Shown here piece by piece: positions 8,854 through 17,918 of a DNA stretch of 47,074 bases. This DNA is from a virus (lineage: Duplodnaviria > Caudoviricetes). The notes under the pieces are model-generated. The model saw nothing but the letters and a program-made list of their open reading frames with translations. It searched no databases and had not been told where the DNA came from. Location: positions 1 through 47,074 of the IMG/VR virus record IMGVR_UViG_3300042368_002048, one strand, 5' to 3'. How positions within the stretch are numbered: position 1 is the stretch's first letter; every line of letters begins with the position of its first letter. Made by a program: the position numbers and the translations under genes.

Positions 8854-10274
8854 GCGATGATTTTAACTATCTAGTAGATGATCAAGATTTAAGAATCATT
8901 AAAAATATCTTTGAAGATAAATCATCTGCTAATGAATTTGCTAAATCTTTTGATGAAACAATTTTTATTGGATCTAGCAAGAAGCTAATGAAAGATGTTT
9001 TATCTTATGTTCGTACATATAAAACTCCTCCTACAAAAAGAATTATTCTAGATCATGTTGAAAATGATTCTTCATTATTCAATGAATATTCTTATGTTTT
9101 TTCTTGTCTTGATAATGTTGAAGCAAATCCAAATGAATTTAAATATGATCTAGATAAAGTCTGCTCTAGATTTAAAGAGCATGCTACGTTAAATTTTAAA
9201 AAGACCGTTCAAGCTCTGAGAGATCAAGATCAAATACAAGAAGCTACTAGAAACTATCACAAAGAATTAGAAAAAGCCTCATATAAAAAACAATCTCATG
9301 TTCAGAAGCCTATCTCTAACTTCTTAGAAGAGTTTAAAAAAGATTATAATAATAAGTTTCATAATAAAGATCAGTCTCAGGGTATTTTAACCCAATACAA
9401 ATATCTTGACTATATTACAAATGGTCTTCAGCCTGCTGAGATGGTTATCATTGGAGGTGAAACTGGTGCAGGTAAATCACAGCTATTAAACAATTTGGCT
9501 GTCCAGCTATGGATGCAGAACAATACTGTTAATGATAGAGATTCCTTTAAAAAGGGATATAATGTTTTGTACTTCTCGCTAGAAATGCCATACAAACAGT
9601 GCTTTAATAGGACGGTTTCAAGAATTTCACAGTTAGAATTGTATGGTATTCGTGATGCTAATCTCGCTCCTTCAGAAGTAGAAAATTTGTATAAGGCTTG
9701 TGAATTTATTGAAGCCTATCCATATCAGTTTGAAATTGTAGATATTCCTCGTGGTGTTACCGTAGAAGATGTTGAAGAGAGATATCTTGAAGCTAAAGCC
9801 AAGTTTAATCCAGATATTATAGTTGTTGATTATTTAGGTCTTCTTGAAGATAAAGAAGCATCGGGAGATGACTGGTTGAAGCTTGGTCATATTGCTGGCA
9901 AGCTGCATGAGCTTTCCCGTGTTTATGGCTGCGCCATGCTAACAGCTGTCCAATTAAATCGTCTTGCTAAGAATTCTGATAATAGAATTGGTTTGCATCG
10001 ATTTGGTCGCTCAAGTCTTATTGCTACTCACGCAACTCTTTGTTTGCAAATTGAAACAAGACCGGATGAAAATCAATTTGGAGATATGGTAGTTCATATT
10101 ATCAAAAATAGAAATGGTGCATTGGGTCATTTTTCTTTGCAAAGAGATTTTTCAAGATCTTTACTTTTAGATTATGATGAGATATTTTTACCATCTGGTA
10201 AAGAACCCAAGGTCTTGTTGCCATCGGATGTGGCTGACGTATCAAAGCTTTTAGAAAAATACAGCTGGATTTAA
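8850..10274 (+). CDS. dnaB: Replicative DNA helicase (DnaB/SF4)
   Basis: GGETGAGKS, YFSLEM, IVVDYL, AVQLNR, KNRNG. Confidence 0.9.
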   Translation: MSDDFNYLVDDQDLRIIKNIFEDKSSANEFAKSFDETIFIGSSKKLMKDVLSYVRTYKTPPTKRIILDHVENDSSLFNEYSYVFSCLDNVEANPNEFKYDLDKVCSRFKEHATLNFKKTVQALRDQDQIQEATRNYHKELEKASYKKQSHVQKPISNFLEEFKKDYNNKFHNKDQSQGILTQYKYLDYITNGLQPAEMVIIGGETGAGKSQLLNNLAVQLWMQNNTVNDRDSFKKGYNVLYFSLEMPYKQCFNRTVSRISQLELYGIRDANLAPSEVENLYKACEFIEAYPYQFEIVDIPRGVTVEDVEERYLEAKAKFNPDIIVVDYLGLLEDKEASGDDWLKLGHIAGKLHELSRVYGCAMLTAVQLNRLAKNSDNRIGLHRFGRSSLIATHATLCLQIETRPDENQFGDMVVHIIKNRNGALGHFSLQRDFSRSLLLDYDEIFLPSGKEPKVLLPSDVADVSKLLEKYSWI

Positions 10275-10275
10275 A

Positions 10276-10467
10276 ATGTCAAAATTATTGCCCAATCAAA
10301 TTGTTGCTGACATGATTAGGATGGAAGTGAAATCTAGTACTGGTGAATTATATTTAATCTTCGAGGTAACAGACCCTCTCTTCAAACAAGAGATGTTAAA
10401 AGATTGGACTCAAGATTTTGAGTTAAAAGTTACAGGAACAAAATTACTATATATAAGGAAGGGATAG
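10276..10467 (+). CDS. Hypothetical protein
   Basis: 63-aa ORF fills the gap between dnaB and the next gene on the same strand. Confidence 0.6.
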   Translation: MSKLLPNQIVADMIRMEVKSSTGELYLIFEVTDPLFKQEMLKDWTQDFELKVTGTKLLYIRKG

Positions 10468-10471
10468 CATA

Positions 10472-10762
10472 ATGCCTACATATGAACATGTTTGTCTAGA
10501 GTGTAACCATGAATGGGAAGATGATTACAGCATTAAAGCTGACCCTCCGACCGTATGTCCTAGTTGTAAATTCGAGGGCAAAGTTAAAAGATTAATTTCA
10601 GGAGGCTCTGGAAAAGGCAAAGTTGAGCTTACTGGACATGAGTACAAAGAAAAAGTTATGTCGGATGCCACGGCTCTTAAAAGAGAAGCTTATCGTAATG
10701 AAAATGTAATGGCAAATTTAGTCGGTGAAAGCAAATATCACCGAGCCCGAAGCGGCAGGTGA
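10472..10762 (+). CDS. FmdB-family zinc-ribbon protein
   Basis: MPTYEHVCLECNHEWE...CPSC...KRLIS signature; GGGA RBS. Confidence 0.85.
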   Translation: MPTYEHVCLECNHEWEDDYSIKADPPTVCPSCKFEGKVKRLISGGSGKGKVELTGHEYKEKVMSDATALKREAYRNENVMANLVGESKYHRARSGR

Positions 10763-10765
10763 TTT

Positions 10766-11401
10766 ATGATATTTACTCAAGAGCAACTTGAACAAATGGC
10801 AATAGATTATTTATCTATTGTGGATAATATAAAATCTGTTACAGATTCTAATGAACTTAGAAAGCTGAAAAAACAGCAAGAGGCTATAATAAAAAACCTA
10901 AAATGTTTAGTTAGTATTAGGTCTTTTAGATATAAAAAGTTTTCTAACTTTCTCGATCTGGAGCAAGAAGGATTAGAGGCATTAATAATGGCTTTAAATA
11001 CATTTAAGCCAAACAAATCTTCTTTTACTTGGTGGGCAGATAAATATATAAGTACTAGACTATCTAGAGCCGCAAACGCTCACTCTACAGTTAGAGTTCC
11101 AATTAAACATGCTAGAGAAATGAAGCCGTTAAAGTCTTCCGTCATTCCTCTTATTATTGATGACCGAAATGGATACACGGCATTAGAATCTAAGGATGCG
11201 GAAAAGCGTATGATTTTTGCGGTAAATCAACTTCCAGAAATAAATAGAAAAATTATTTCAATGTTGTACGGTCTCAATGGCATAAGACAATATAATATTA
11301 CTCAGCTATGTGAGAGGTTTTCTTTGAACAAATCTGAGTCATTAAAGCTCATAAATGATTCAAAGAAAAAGTTAAAAAATATTTTGGAAAAATATGAGTA
11401 A
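10766..11401 (+). CDS. Phage sigma70-family RNA polymerase sigma factor
   Basis: Region 2 DLEQEGLEALIMALNTFKP...FTWWA..YI, then TVRVP; region-4-like LPEINRKIISMLYGL helix; 211 aa with little region 3. Confidence 0.8.
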   Translation: MIFTQEQLEQMAIDYLSIVDNIKSVTDSNELRKLKKQQEAIIKNLKCLVSIRSFRYKKFSNFLDLEQEGLEALIMALNTFKPNKSSFTWWADKYISTRLSRAANAHSTVRVPIKHAREMKPLKSSVIPLIIDDRNGYTALESKDAEKRMIFAVNQLPEINRKIISMLYGLNGIRQYNITQLCERFSLNKSESLKLINDSKKKLKNILEKYE

Positions 11402-11534
11402 ATATAAAAGCAAAATATTTTATTGGTTATCATTAGATTATTTGATCTATACTTATTTGTGATTTTTTACAGATTTAATTATCTATCAGGCTAGACTTCT
11501 GGTCTGAGGTGTTCTATACTTTTTAGGAGAAACA

Positions 11535-12509
11535 ATGAGCATTTTAACGCCGAGAGTAACTTATGGACCTTTTGAATATCCACAATTTTATGACATGTGG
11601 CTTAAACAGCAAGCCTCGTTCTGGATGTTCACCGAAGTTCAAATGTCCAGTGACATTAATGATTTTAAACTTAATTTAACAGAATCTGAAAGAAATGTCA
11701 TTGGTAATACTTTAAAAGGTTTCGTTCAAACTGAAATCTTTGTTGAAGATTATTGGTCCTCTAAAGTTTCTCGTTGGTTTAAAAAGCCAGAAATTCAGAT
11801 GATGTCTTCTGCATTTGCTTCTTTTGAAAGTATCCATGCAACGGCTTATTCTTATTTGGAAGAGTCGTTAGGCATTCAAAATTATGAATCATTTTTACAC
11901 GAGCCTACGTCTAAAGCTAAAATTGATCGCTTAATTAATGTTAAAGGAAAGTCTAAAGATGACATTGCAAGAAGTTTAGCTATATTTTCAGCCTTTAATG
12001 AAGGCGTTAATTTGTTTTCTTCTTTCAGTATTTTGTTAAGTTTTTCTCGCAGAAATTTGTTAAAAGGTGTTGGCAAAATTATAGAATGGTCTATTAGAGA
12101 CGAGAGCCTTCATTCAAAAGCAGGCTGCATGCTGTTTAAGATTTTAGTTACTGAACATCCAGAGATTTTTACCGATGAACTTAAGAAAGATATTTATGAC
12201 GCCGCTAGATTGACAGTTCAATTAGAAGACGCCTTTATTGATAAGGCATTTGAACTCGGACCAATTGAAGGATTAGATCCTAAAGATTTAAAAAATTATA
12301 TTCGTTATAGGGCTAATAGTAAGCTTCAAGAGCTTGGTCTTAAAAGTAATTGGAAAAATATTGATAAGGAATCACTTGAAAGATTAAGCTGGTTTGATGT
12401 ATTAAGCAACGGAGTAACATTGCAAGATTTCTTTGCAAGTCGAGAGACAGCATATGCTAAATCAATTGTAGATTTTGAAGATATTTGGAACGGAGCACAA
12501 AATGGATGA
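11535..12509 (+). CDS. nrdB: Ribonucleotide reductase class Ia beta subunit
   Basis: FESIHATAYS (ExxH plus radical Tyr), EGVNLFSSF, RDESLH, C-terminal DFF...AY; AGGAG RBS. Confidence 0.93.
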   Translation: MSILTPRVTYGPFEYPQFYDMWLKQQASFWMFTEVQMSSDINDFKLNLTESERNVIGNTLKGFVQTEIFVEDYWSSKVSRWFKKPEIQMMSSAFASFESIHATAYSYLEESLGIQNYESFLHEPTSKAKIDRLINVKGKSKDDIARSLAIFSAFNEGVNLFSSFSILLSFSRRNLLKGVGKIIEWSIRDESLHSKAGCMLFKILVTEHPEIFTDELKKDIYDAARLTVQLEDAFIDKAFELGPIEGLDPKDLKNYIRYRANSKLQELGLKSNWKNIDKESLERLSWFDVLSNGVTLQDFFASRETAYAKSIVDFEDIWNGAQNG

Positions 12510-14232
12510 ATTGGAACAGTTAAAAGAATCTGGCGAGGCGCCAGAATGGCTAACCTCGGAAGGATTTACAACACTAAAAAATGGATACTTGCTTCCTGGT
12601 GAAACGCCAGTTCAACTATATAGGCGCGTAGCTAACGCCTCTGCATCTCGTTTAAATAAACCAGAGCTTGCATCAAAGTTTTTTGATTATATTTTTAAGA
12701 ATTGGCTTTGTTTAGCAACTCCAGTTGCCGCAAATCTTGGCGCTGAAAGAGGATTGCCAATTTCTTGTTTTAGCACTCACGTTCATGATACAACTGATGA
12801 TATTTTTAAATCATATCATGAAGTTGCCATGTTAACTAAGCATGGTGGTGGCATTGGTAAATATTGGGGAGATGTTCGTGGTCGAGGAATTCCAATTAAA
12901 GGTGGTGGCGCAAGCGAAGGAATTATTCCTTGGTTAAAAATTGAAGAAACTGTATTGCAAGCTGTTTCTCAATCTGGTACTCGCCGTGGGGCAGGGGCTA
13001 ATTATCTTGATATTGAGCATCCTGATGCAGATGAATTTATTGAAATCCGCAGACCTACAGGAGATTTATCTCGAAGATGCTTAACAAGCAATTTTCATCA
13101 TGCCATTAAAGTTACTGATGCTTTCATGCAAAGCATGATTGATGGAAATGAAAAAAACCGAGAGCTTTGGGTTAAGCTTCTGAAAGCTAGGGTTGAGACT
13201 GGTGAGCCTTATGTTATGTTTAGCGATAATGCTAATAAAAATTTGCCACAGGCATATGTAAATAATAATTTGAAAGTAAGTACAAGCAATTTATGTTCTG
13301 AAATTTTTCTTCATACTGATAAAGATCATACATTTGTTTGCTGTCTCAGCAGTTTAAATCTTGCAAGATATGATGAATGGAAAAATACAGATGTAGTAGA
13401 GACTGCTATCTGGTTTTTAGATGGCGTCATGGAAGAGTTCATTCTTAAAGCTGGTAAATTGCCAGGCTTTGAAAGAGCTGTTCGATTTGCAGTTAAATCC
13501 AGGGCTTTAGGCTTGGGGGTTTTGGGATGGCACACGTTGCTTCAAGATAAATTAATTGCATTTGATTCTTTTGAAGCAATGCAATTGAATGCTGAAGTTT
13601 TTAGAAAGATTAAAGCTGATGCAGAAAAAGCTAGCCGTGATTTAGCTAAAGAATATGGCGAGCCTGAATGGTGCAAAAATACTGGCATGAGAAATACGCA
13701 TACTTGTGCTATTGCTCCAACGGTATCAAATTCTTTAATTTCTGGTGGAGTATCTCAGGGTATCGAGCCTATTATTGCCAATTATTACGCTCAAAAATCC
13801 GCTAAAGGCACATTTATTAGAAAGAACCCTGTACTAGAGCGTCTATTAGATTCAACGAATAGAAATTCTCCTGAAGTTTGGCATCAAATTTCTGTTGACT
13901 CTGGTTCGGTAAAGAATGTTTCATGTTTATCAGACCATGAAAAAGAAGTTTTTCAAACAGCACGAGAAATTAATCAATTTGCTATTGTTCGCCAGGCTGG
14001 TCAGCGCCAGAAATATATTGATCAAGGTCAAAGTGTTAATTTATTCTTTGCAGCTCCTTCTGATATTCAAGATGTATCTATAAAGAAGCGCTTGGCTCAA
14101 TATATTCATGATGTTCATATCGAAGCTTGGGAAAATGGAGTTAAAAGTTTATATTATCTTCGAGTAGACTCGGTTCTCAAAGGAGACTCGGTATTTAAAG
14201 AGGCTTCTGATTGTAAAGCCTGTGAAGCATGA
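12502..14232 (+). CDS. nrdA: Ribonucleotide reductase class Ia alpha subunit, short form without ATP cone
   Basis: LATPV, PISCF, SNLCSE, VCCLSSLNL, APTVS, DQGQS, LYYLR, C-terminal CKAC; ATG 12502 with GGAG RBS preferred over TTG 12475. Confidence 0.93.
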   Translation: MDELEQLKESGEAPEWLTSEGFTTLKNGYLLPGETPVQLYRRVANASASRLNKPELASKFFDYIFKNWLCLATPVAANLGAERGLPISCFSTHVHDTTDDIFKSYHEVAMLTKHGGGIGKYWGDVRGRGIPIKGGGASEGIIPWLKIEETVLQAVSQSGTRRGAGANYLDIEHPDADEFIEIRRPTGDLSRRCLTSNFHHAIKVTDAFMQSMIDGNEKNRELWVKLLKARVETGEPYVMFSDNANKNLPQAYVNNNLKVSTSNLCSEIFLHTDKDHTFVCCLSSLNLARYDEWKNTDVVETAIWFLDGVMEEFILKAGKLPGFERAVRFAVKSRALGLGVLGWHTLLQDKLIAFDSFEAMQLNAEVFRKIKADAEKASRDLAKEYGEPEWCKNTGMRNTHTCAIAPTVSNSLISGGVSQGIEPIIANYYAQKSAKGTFIRKNPVLERLLDSTNRNSPEVWHQISVDSGSVKNVSCLSDHEKEVFQTAREINQFAIVRQAGQRQKYIDQGQSVNLFFAAPSDIQDVSIKKRLAQYIHDVHIEAWENGVKSLYYLRVDSVLKGDSVFKEASDCKACEA

Positions 14233-14621
14233 AGTATTCTGTCATAACTAATTATGATATAAAATCAATCTCCTCAGCAATAGAGGAGGAGAAGTTGCAG
14301 TTTCTAGTGTTTGTATTGGATTCAATGGGAATAAATTTGGATGGTTGTTTTCCAGATCCGTTGGATCCAAAATTAGTTACAGTAGATCACAGAACAAAAT
14401 TACGTGATATATTAGAAAAATACAATATCCTTATTGTAGATAATAAAGATAAAACTTTTGATATTTATCTTGAAAAAGATAAAATTGCTTCATGGAAAAA
14501 GCATTGGGTTGAATTAAAGAAAGATTTTTCTGAGATTGATCCCAAGAAAAAAATATATGTAAATATAAACCTAGAATGTTGGTCAGTATTTGAACAAATA
14601 AAGGATGAAAACAATGAGTGA
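14229..14621 (+). CDS. Hypothetical protein
   Basis: 130-aa ORF with ATGA overlap on nrdA stop. Confidence 0.65.
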   Translation: MKYSVITNYDIKSISSAIEEEKLQFLVFVLDSMGINLDGCFPDPLDPKLVTVDHRTKLRDILEKYNILIVDNKDKTFDIYLEKDKIASWKKHWVELKKDFSEIDPKKKIYVNINLECWSVFEQIKDENNE

Positions 14622-14964
14622 CATAAAAAAAGCAGATAAAATTTCGGTAGAAGAATTACATTTCATTGAAACTCTTAAAAAAGAGTTTAATATGTTAAAT
14701 TTAAAAGTTGAAAATACTAAACTTCAATATGAAAATGCTTTATTTAAAATCATGCGCAAGTATGGTCTAAGTGAATCGGATTCTATTGATGAAACCACAG
14801 GGTCAATTGTTCGTAGACCACCGCCCGCCCCTCCAATGGCAGTTCCTCCTCCAGCTCCTCCTCTCCCTCCAGCTCCGCCTCCTCCAGTTGTTGAATCGGA
14901 ACCTGAGCCAGCCGTGGAGCCTGTAGTTGTTGGAAAGTCTAAAAAAGGAAAAAGTTCTAAATGA
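14614..14964 (+). CDS. Hypothetical protein with coiled coil and polyproline tract
   Basis: RRPPPAPPMAVPPPAPPLPPAPPPPVV followed by EPEP and a basic tail; AAGGA RBS fits ATG 14614 (ORF track 14605). Confidence 0.65.
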   Translation: MSDIKKADKISVEELHFIETLKKEFNMLNLKVENTKLQYENALFKIMRKYGLSESDSIDETTGSIVRRPPPAPPMAVPPPAPPLPPAPPPPVVESEPEPAVEPVVVGKSKKGKSSK

Positions 14965-15461
14965 ACTCGTCTAATTTGCACGCCTTAATAGTGCTGCGAA
15001 ATCATGCCCAGTCCATTCTTAATGGAGCCCGAGCAGACCTTAAACTTTCAAGAGATGATAAGTCATCATTAATGAATGGCTTAAAGAAAGTTGACGAGCT
15101 TTTTATTAAGAATTTTGAAAGCTGCGTTGATGCTTCGAACTCAGTTACAAAATCCAGGAATTGGACTTCAACTGAAAGCGAAGAAGAAGTTCTTGCCAAA
15201 GCTCTTAAGCAAGATGACCATTTGGTCAAAGCAGCTCTTAAAGGATTAACGGTTACTGCATCTAATAATGCAGTGGTAGCCGCTGCCGCAGCAGCTATTG
15301 AGGCAGAAGATCCAGTTGTTATCAATCCTGTTGATACTGGGAACTCTTCATCAGGCGCGGTTGTAGCTCGTTCTGGATCGGAAGTTAAAACTCTTCCAGT
15401 AGTATCTCTTACATCGGAGCCTGCTAAAAAAGTTAAGAAATCTGGTTTTAAGCGAGCATGA
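14961..15461 (+). CDS. Hypothetical protein, low-complexity C-terminal half
   Basis: 166-aa ORF overlapping both neighbours by 4 nt. Confidence 0.6.
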   Translation: MNSSNLHALIVLRNHAQSILNGARADLKLSRDDKSSLMNGLKKVDELFIKNFESCVDASNSVTKSRNWTSTESEEEVLAKALKQDDHLVKAALKGLTVTASNNAVVAAAAAAIEAEDPVVINPVDTGNSSSGAVVARSGSEVKTLPVVSLTSEPAKKVKKSGFKRA

Positions 15462-16210
15462 ATGCGGTAAAATCATTTTCAGAGCATCAACTGATTGCTC
15501 TTCAAGATGATGAATGGCTGGAGCGACAGCGAGTAGCTGGTCGCTCCGTTGTTTTTTGTTTAAATTCAGTTAGATCCATGATTAATAATCGGATTGATTT
15601 AACTGCATCTACGCTAAAATCTGAAACGCTTTTGTTAATGAAGACCTTTGATTGCACACAGGCTTTAGATAAAGAACGTAAATATAAGTCATCTATTACT
15701 TTTTACGTAAATAATCTTTTTGAACCGGTAAATGATTCTTATAAATTTCAAACCGGCGATATTATTAAAATTGAAATTGGAGCTAATTATCTTGGGGCAG
15801 TTGCAAAGGCAACTATTACAACTGTTAAGAATGGTTTGACTCCATCTCAGTTTGAAATGTTTAGCGCTTGTAAAAAATCATTAAACAATGCAATTACTCA
15901 AATAAAAACTGATAAAAGACTTGGATGTGTAGGAGCTGGAATTAATCATGTGATTAAAAACACTTCTTTTAAATTTGCCTCTGAATGTGCAGGGTCGGGA
16001 TTAGATGATAATAATTTATTTGCTGACCCGGTTATATTAAGCAAGTCACAATCAAATTCAGGAATTAGAATTCAAGAAGGAATGACTTTTACCATAGCGC
16101 CTCAAATTTCTTTAAACTCTAATTCTAAAACAAGCTGTTGTTTTGAAAAAACCATCTTTGTTCATAAGGACAGCGTAGAAATTATAACTCCTTGGAGCGA
16201 GGAAAATTAA
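15458..16210 (+). CDS. Methionine aminopeptidase (M24)-fold protein, predicted inactive
   Basis: RVAGRSV, GDIIKIEIG, GxG, EGMTFTIxP, FEKTI...VEIIT align with type I MetAP, but most metal ligands are replaced. Confidence 0.8.
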   Translation: MNAVKSFSEHQLIALQDDEWLERQRVAGRSVVFCLNSVRSMINNRIDLTASTLKSETLLLMKTFDCTQALDKERKYKSSITFYVNNLFEPVNDSYKFQTGDIIKIEIGANYLGAVAKATITTVKNGLTPSQFEMFSACKKSLNNAITQIKTDKRLGCVGAGINHVIKNTSFKFASECAGSGLDDNNLFADPVILSKSQSNSGIRIQEGMTFTIAPQISLNSNSKTSCCFEKTIFVHKDSVEIITPWSEEN

Positions 16211-16211
16211 A

Positions 16212-16394
16212 ATGAAGATCTCTTTCGAGTCAGGTGAATACGTAGAACTTACAATAATCAAGGGGAATCTGATGCTAGCAATAGCTTCGAAGCATCCCTC
16301 TAAACCAAAATCTCTACTGATAAATTCGGTAGAACTTACGCAAGAACAATTTAAACAATTATCATTAGATATTTTACAGGAGAAAGAAATATGA
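16212..16394 (+). CDS. Hypothetical protein
   Basis: 60-aa ORF with GAGG RBS, coupled to neighbours. Confidence 0.6.
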   Translation: MKISFESGEYVELTIIKGNLMLAIASKHPSKPKSLLINSVELTQEQFKQLSLDILQEKEI

Positions 16395-16711
16395 CAATTA
16401 GCAAGCGTACACGACAAATGGTATCATCGGTTGATTCACGTAAACTTCGCAATAACACTCAGCGTGTTCTTGTAGCTCTCCTTCGAGCTGAAGGTGAATG
16501 GGTTCCTCGTTCAAACGTTCGAGTAGCCAATGCAACATCACGTATGCGTGAACTTCGACGCCCAGAATACGGTGGCTTTGATGTCCAGGTAGCTACCGCA
16601 GCTGAACTTGGACGAACGGGTGGTACTCGTCAGACATACTATCGCATCAATCCACGTACAATTACCGTAGATCGTGTTGCAACGGTTCTTCGTGATGCAG
16701 TTACCGCCTGA
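16391..16711 (+). CDS. Small basic winged-helix-like nucleic-acid-binding protein
   Basis: Arg-rich; RVLVALL...EWVPR...TSRMRELRR..YGGFDV...YYRI wHTH-like pattern; AGGAG RBS; followed by a terminator. Confidence 0.6.
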   Translation: MTISKRTRQMVSSVDSRKLRNNTQRVLVALLRAEGEWVPRSNVRVANATSRMRELRRPEYGGFDVQVATAAELGRTGGTRQTYYRINPRTITVDRVATVLRDAVTA

Positions 16712-16732
16712 TATTATTAACTTTTTAGCTTG

Positions 16733-16773
16733 AAAAAAGCCCGCTACATATTAGCGGGCTTTTTTATTTTTTT
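16733..16773 (+). terminator. Intrinsic terminator (bidirectional shape)
   Basis: AAAAAAGCCCGCTA-catat-TAGCGGGCTTTTTT followed by ATTTTTTT. Confidence 0.9.
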
Positions 16774-16811
16774 GCGCATATTATTGTATTTCTTGGTAAG
16801 GAATAACAACT

Positions 16812-17852
16812 ATGGGCACTAGCTTATATCCAAATCAAATTGATAATTCCACGTCCATACCTATTGCTACGGACGGGGTAACGGCTGTTAACGCCGAAGT
16901 TGTTAATAGATTGCGAGATGCGATCATTGCCGTAGAGGTAGAGGGTGGCATTAACCCTTCTGGCACTTATGGAACAATTCGAGATCGGTTAGATGCATTA
17001 GATGCTATTATTGCAGGTCTTGGCGGCGGCGGAGGCGGAGCTATTTCTGTTCAGGATAACGGCTCTACTGTAGTAAGTTTAGCTTCAATTCTTAATTTTA
17101 CTGGAACAGGTGTAACTGTAACTAGCCCGTCAACAGGAACGGCTGAAATTAATATTACAGGCGGTTCAACTATTGCGGTTGAAGATAGCGGTGTGTCGGT
17201 AGATGCTTCTGCTACATTATTGAATTTTACTGGAGATTTAGTTGCAACTTCTGCCGGTCCTGGACTTGTAGATGTTTCTGTTGTTATCCCGGCTTCAACT
17301 ATTACTGTTAATGACGATGGATTTTTAATAGATGGCAATGTTACTACTTTAGATGCTATTGGTAAAATAGGCGCCACTTCTGTTTCTCCAGGATATGTTG
17401 AACTAGAGGTTCCAGAATCCAAAATTAGAGTTTATCGTGCAACTTCTAATTTAGCTGGTGCTGCTGCAGGGGCAGATCAAACAGTTACTTGGAATGCCAC
17501 TTCTGCCAAGGTAACTACAACCAACGCATCTTTAGTTGGAGATACATTGGTTCCTACAAAATCTGGGCTATATTTTATTCAAGGTCAATTAACCATTCAG
17601 CCTACAGTGGATTCTATTTCTGCAATTATTATTAAAATAGTTCATAATGGATTAACCGACGTTCATACTATATATGATGCCGGTGCCGTTTGGAGCGTAG
17701 GAACAAATCGTTCATTTAATTTTAATTTTCCAATGGAATTAGCGGCTTCAGATACAGTAGAAGTTGTTTGGCAGCATTTGGGCTCTGCTTTGTCAGCAAC
17801 AGATGTGGTATTCGGAGATGATTTATCTTGGTTTGGAATTACTTTAGTCTAA
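16812..17852 (+). CDS. Putative virion fibre protein with C1q/TNF-like C-terminal domain
   Basis: Gly linker, three ~43-aa repeats I.V.D.G...LNFTG, C-terminal GLYFIQGQL...LAASDTVEV...WFGITLV jelly-roll pattern. Confidence 0.65.
   Translation: MGTSLYPNQIDNSTSIPIATDGVTAVNAEVVNRLRDAIIAVEVEGGINPSGTYGTIRDRLDALDAIIAGLGGGGGGAISVQDNGSTVVSLASILNFTGTGVTVTSPSTGTAEINITGGSTIAVEDSGVSVDASATLLNFTGDLVATSAGPGLVDVSVVIPASTITVNDDGFLIDGNVTTLDAIGKIGATSVSPGYVELEVPESKIRVYRATSNLAGAAAGADQTVTWNATSAKVTTTNASLVGDTLVPTKSGLYFIQGQLTIQPTVDSISAIIIKIVHNGLTDVHTIYDAGAVWSVGTNRSFNFNFPMELAASDTVEVVWQHLGSALSATDVVFGDDLSWFGITLV
17043..17420 (+). repeat. Three degenerate ~43-aa intragenic repeats
   Basis: ISVQDNG..ASILNFTG / IAVEDSG..ATLLNFTG / ITVNDDG..VTTLDAIG. 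Confidence 0.75.
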
Positions 17853-17918
17853 ATTAATAACGAGCAACTTGCGCTCTAGCATGCTAGAAGCTTAACCAAA
17901 TGAGATAATAAGGAAGTT

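Noticed and set aside
11440-11525. NrdR boxes upstream of nrdB
   Set aside because: The sequence does not fit the palindromic acaCwAtATaTwGtgt consensus
8850-14232. Inteins or introns in dnaB, nrdA or nrdB
   Set aside because: Protein lengths are normal or short, motifs are contiguous, and no splice-junction or homing-endonuclease motifs were seen
17875-17888. 14-bp palindrome TCTAGCATGCTAGA between genes
   Set aside because: Single copy, no T-tract and no second instance found; cannot be distinguished from chance
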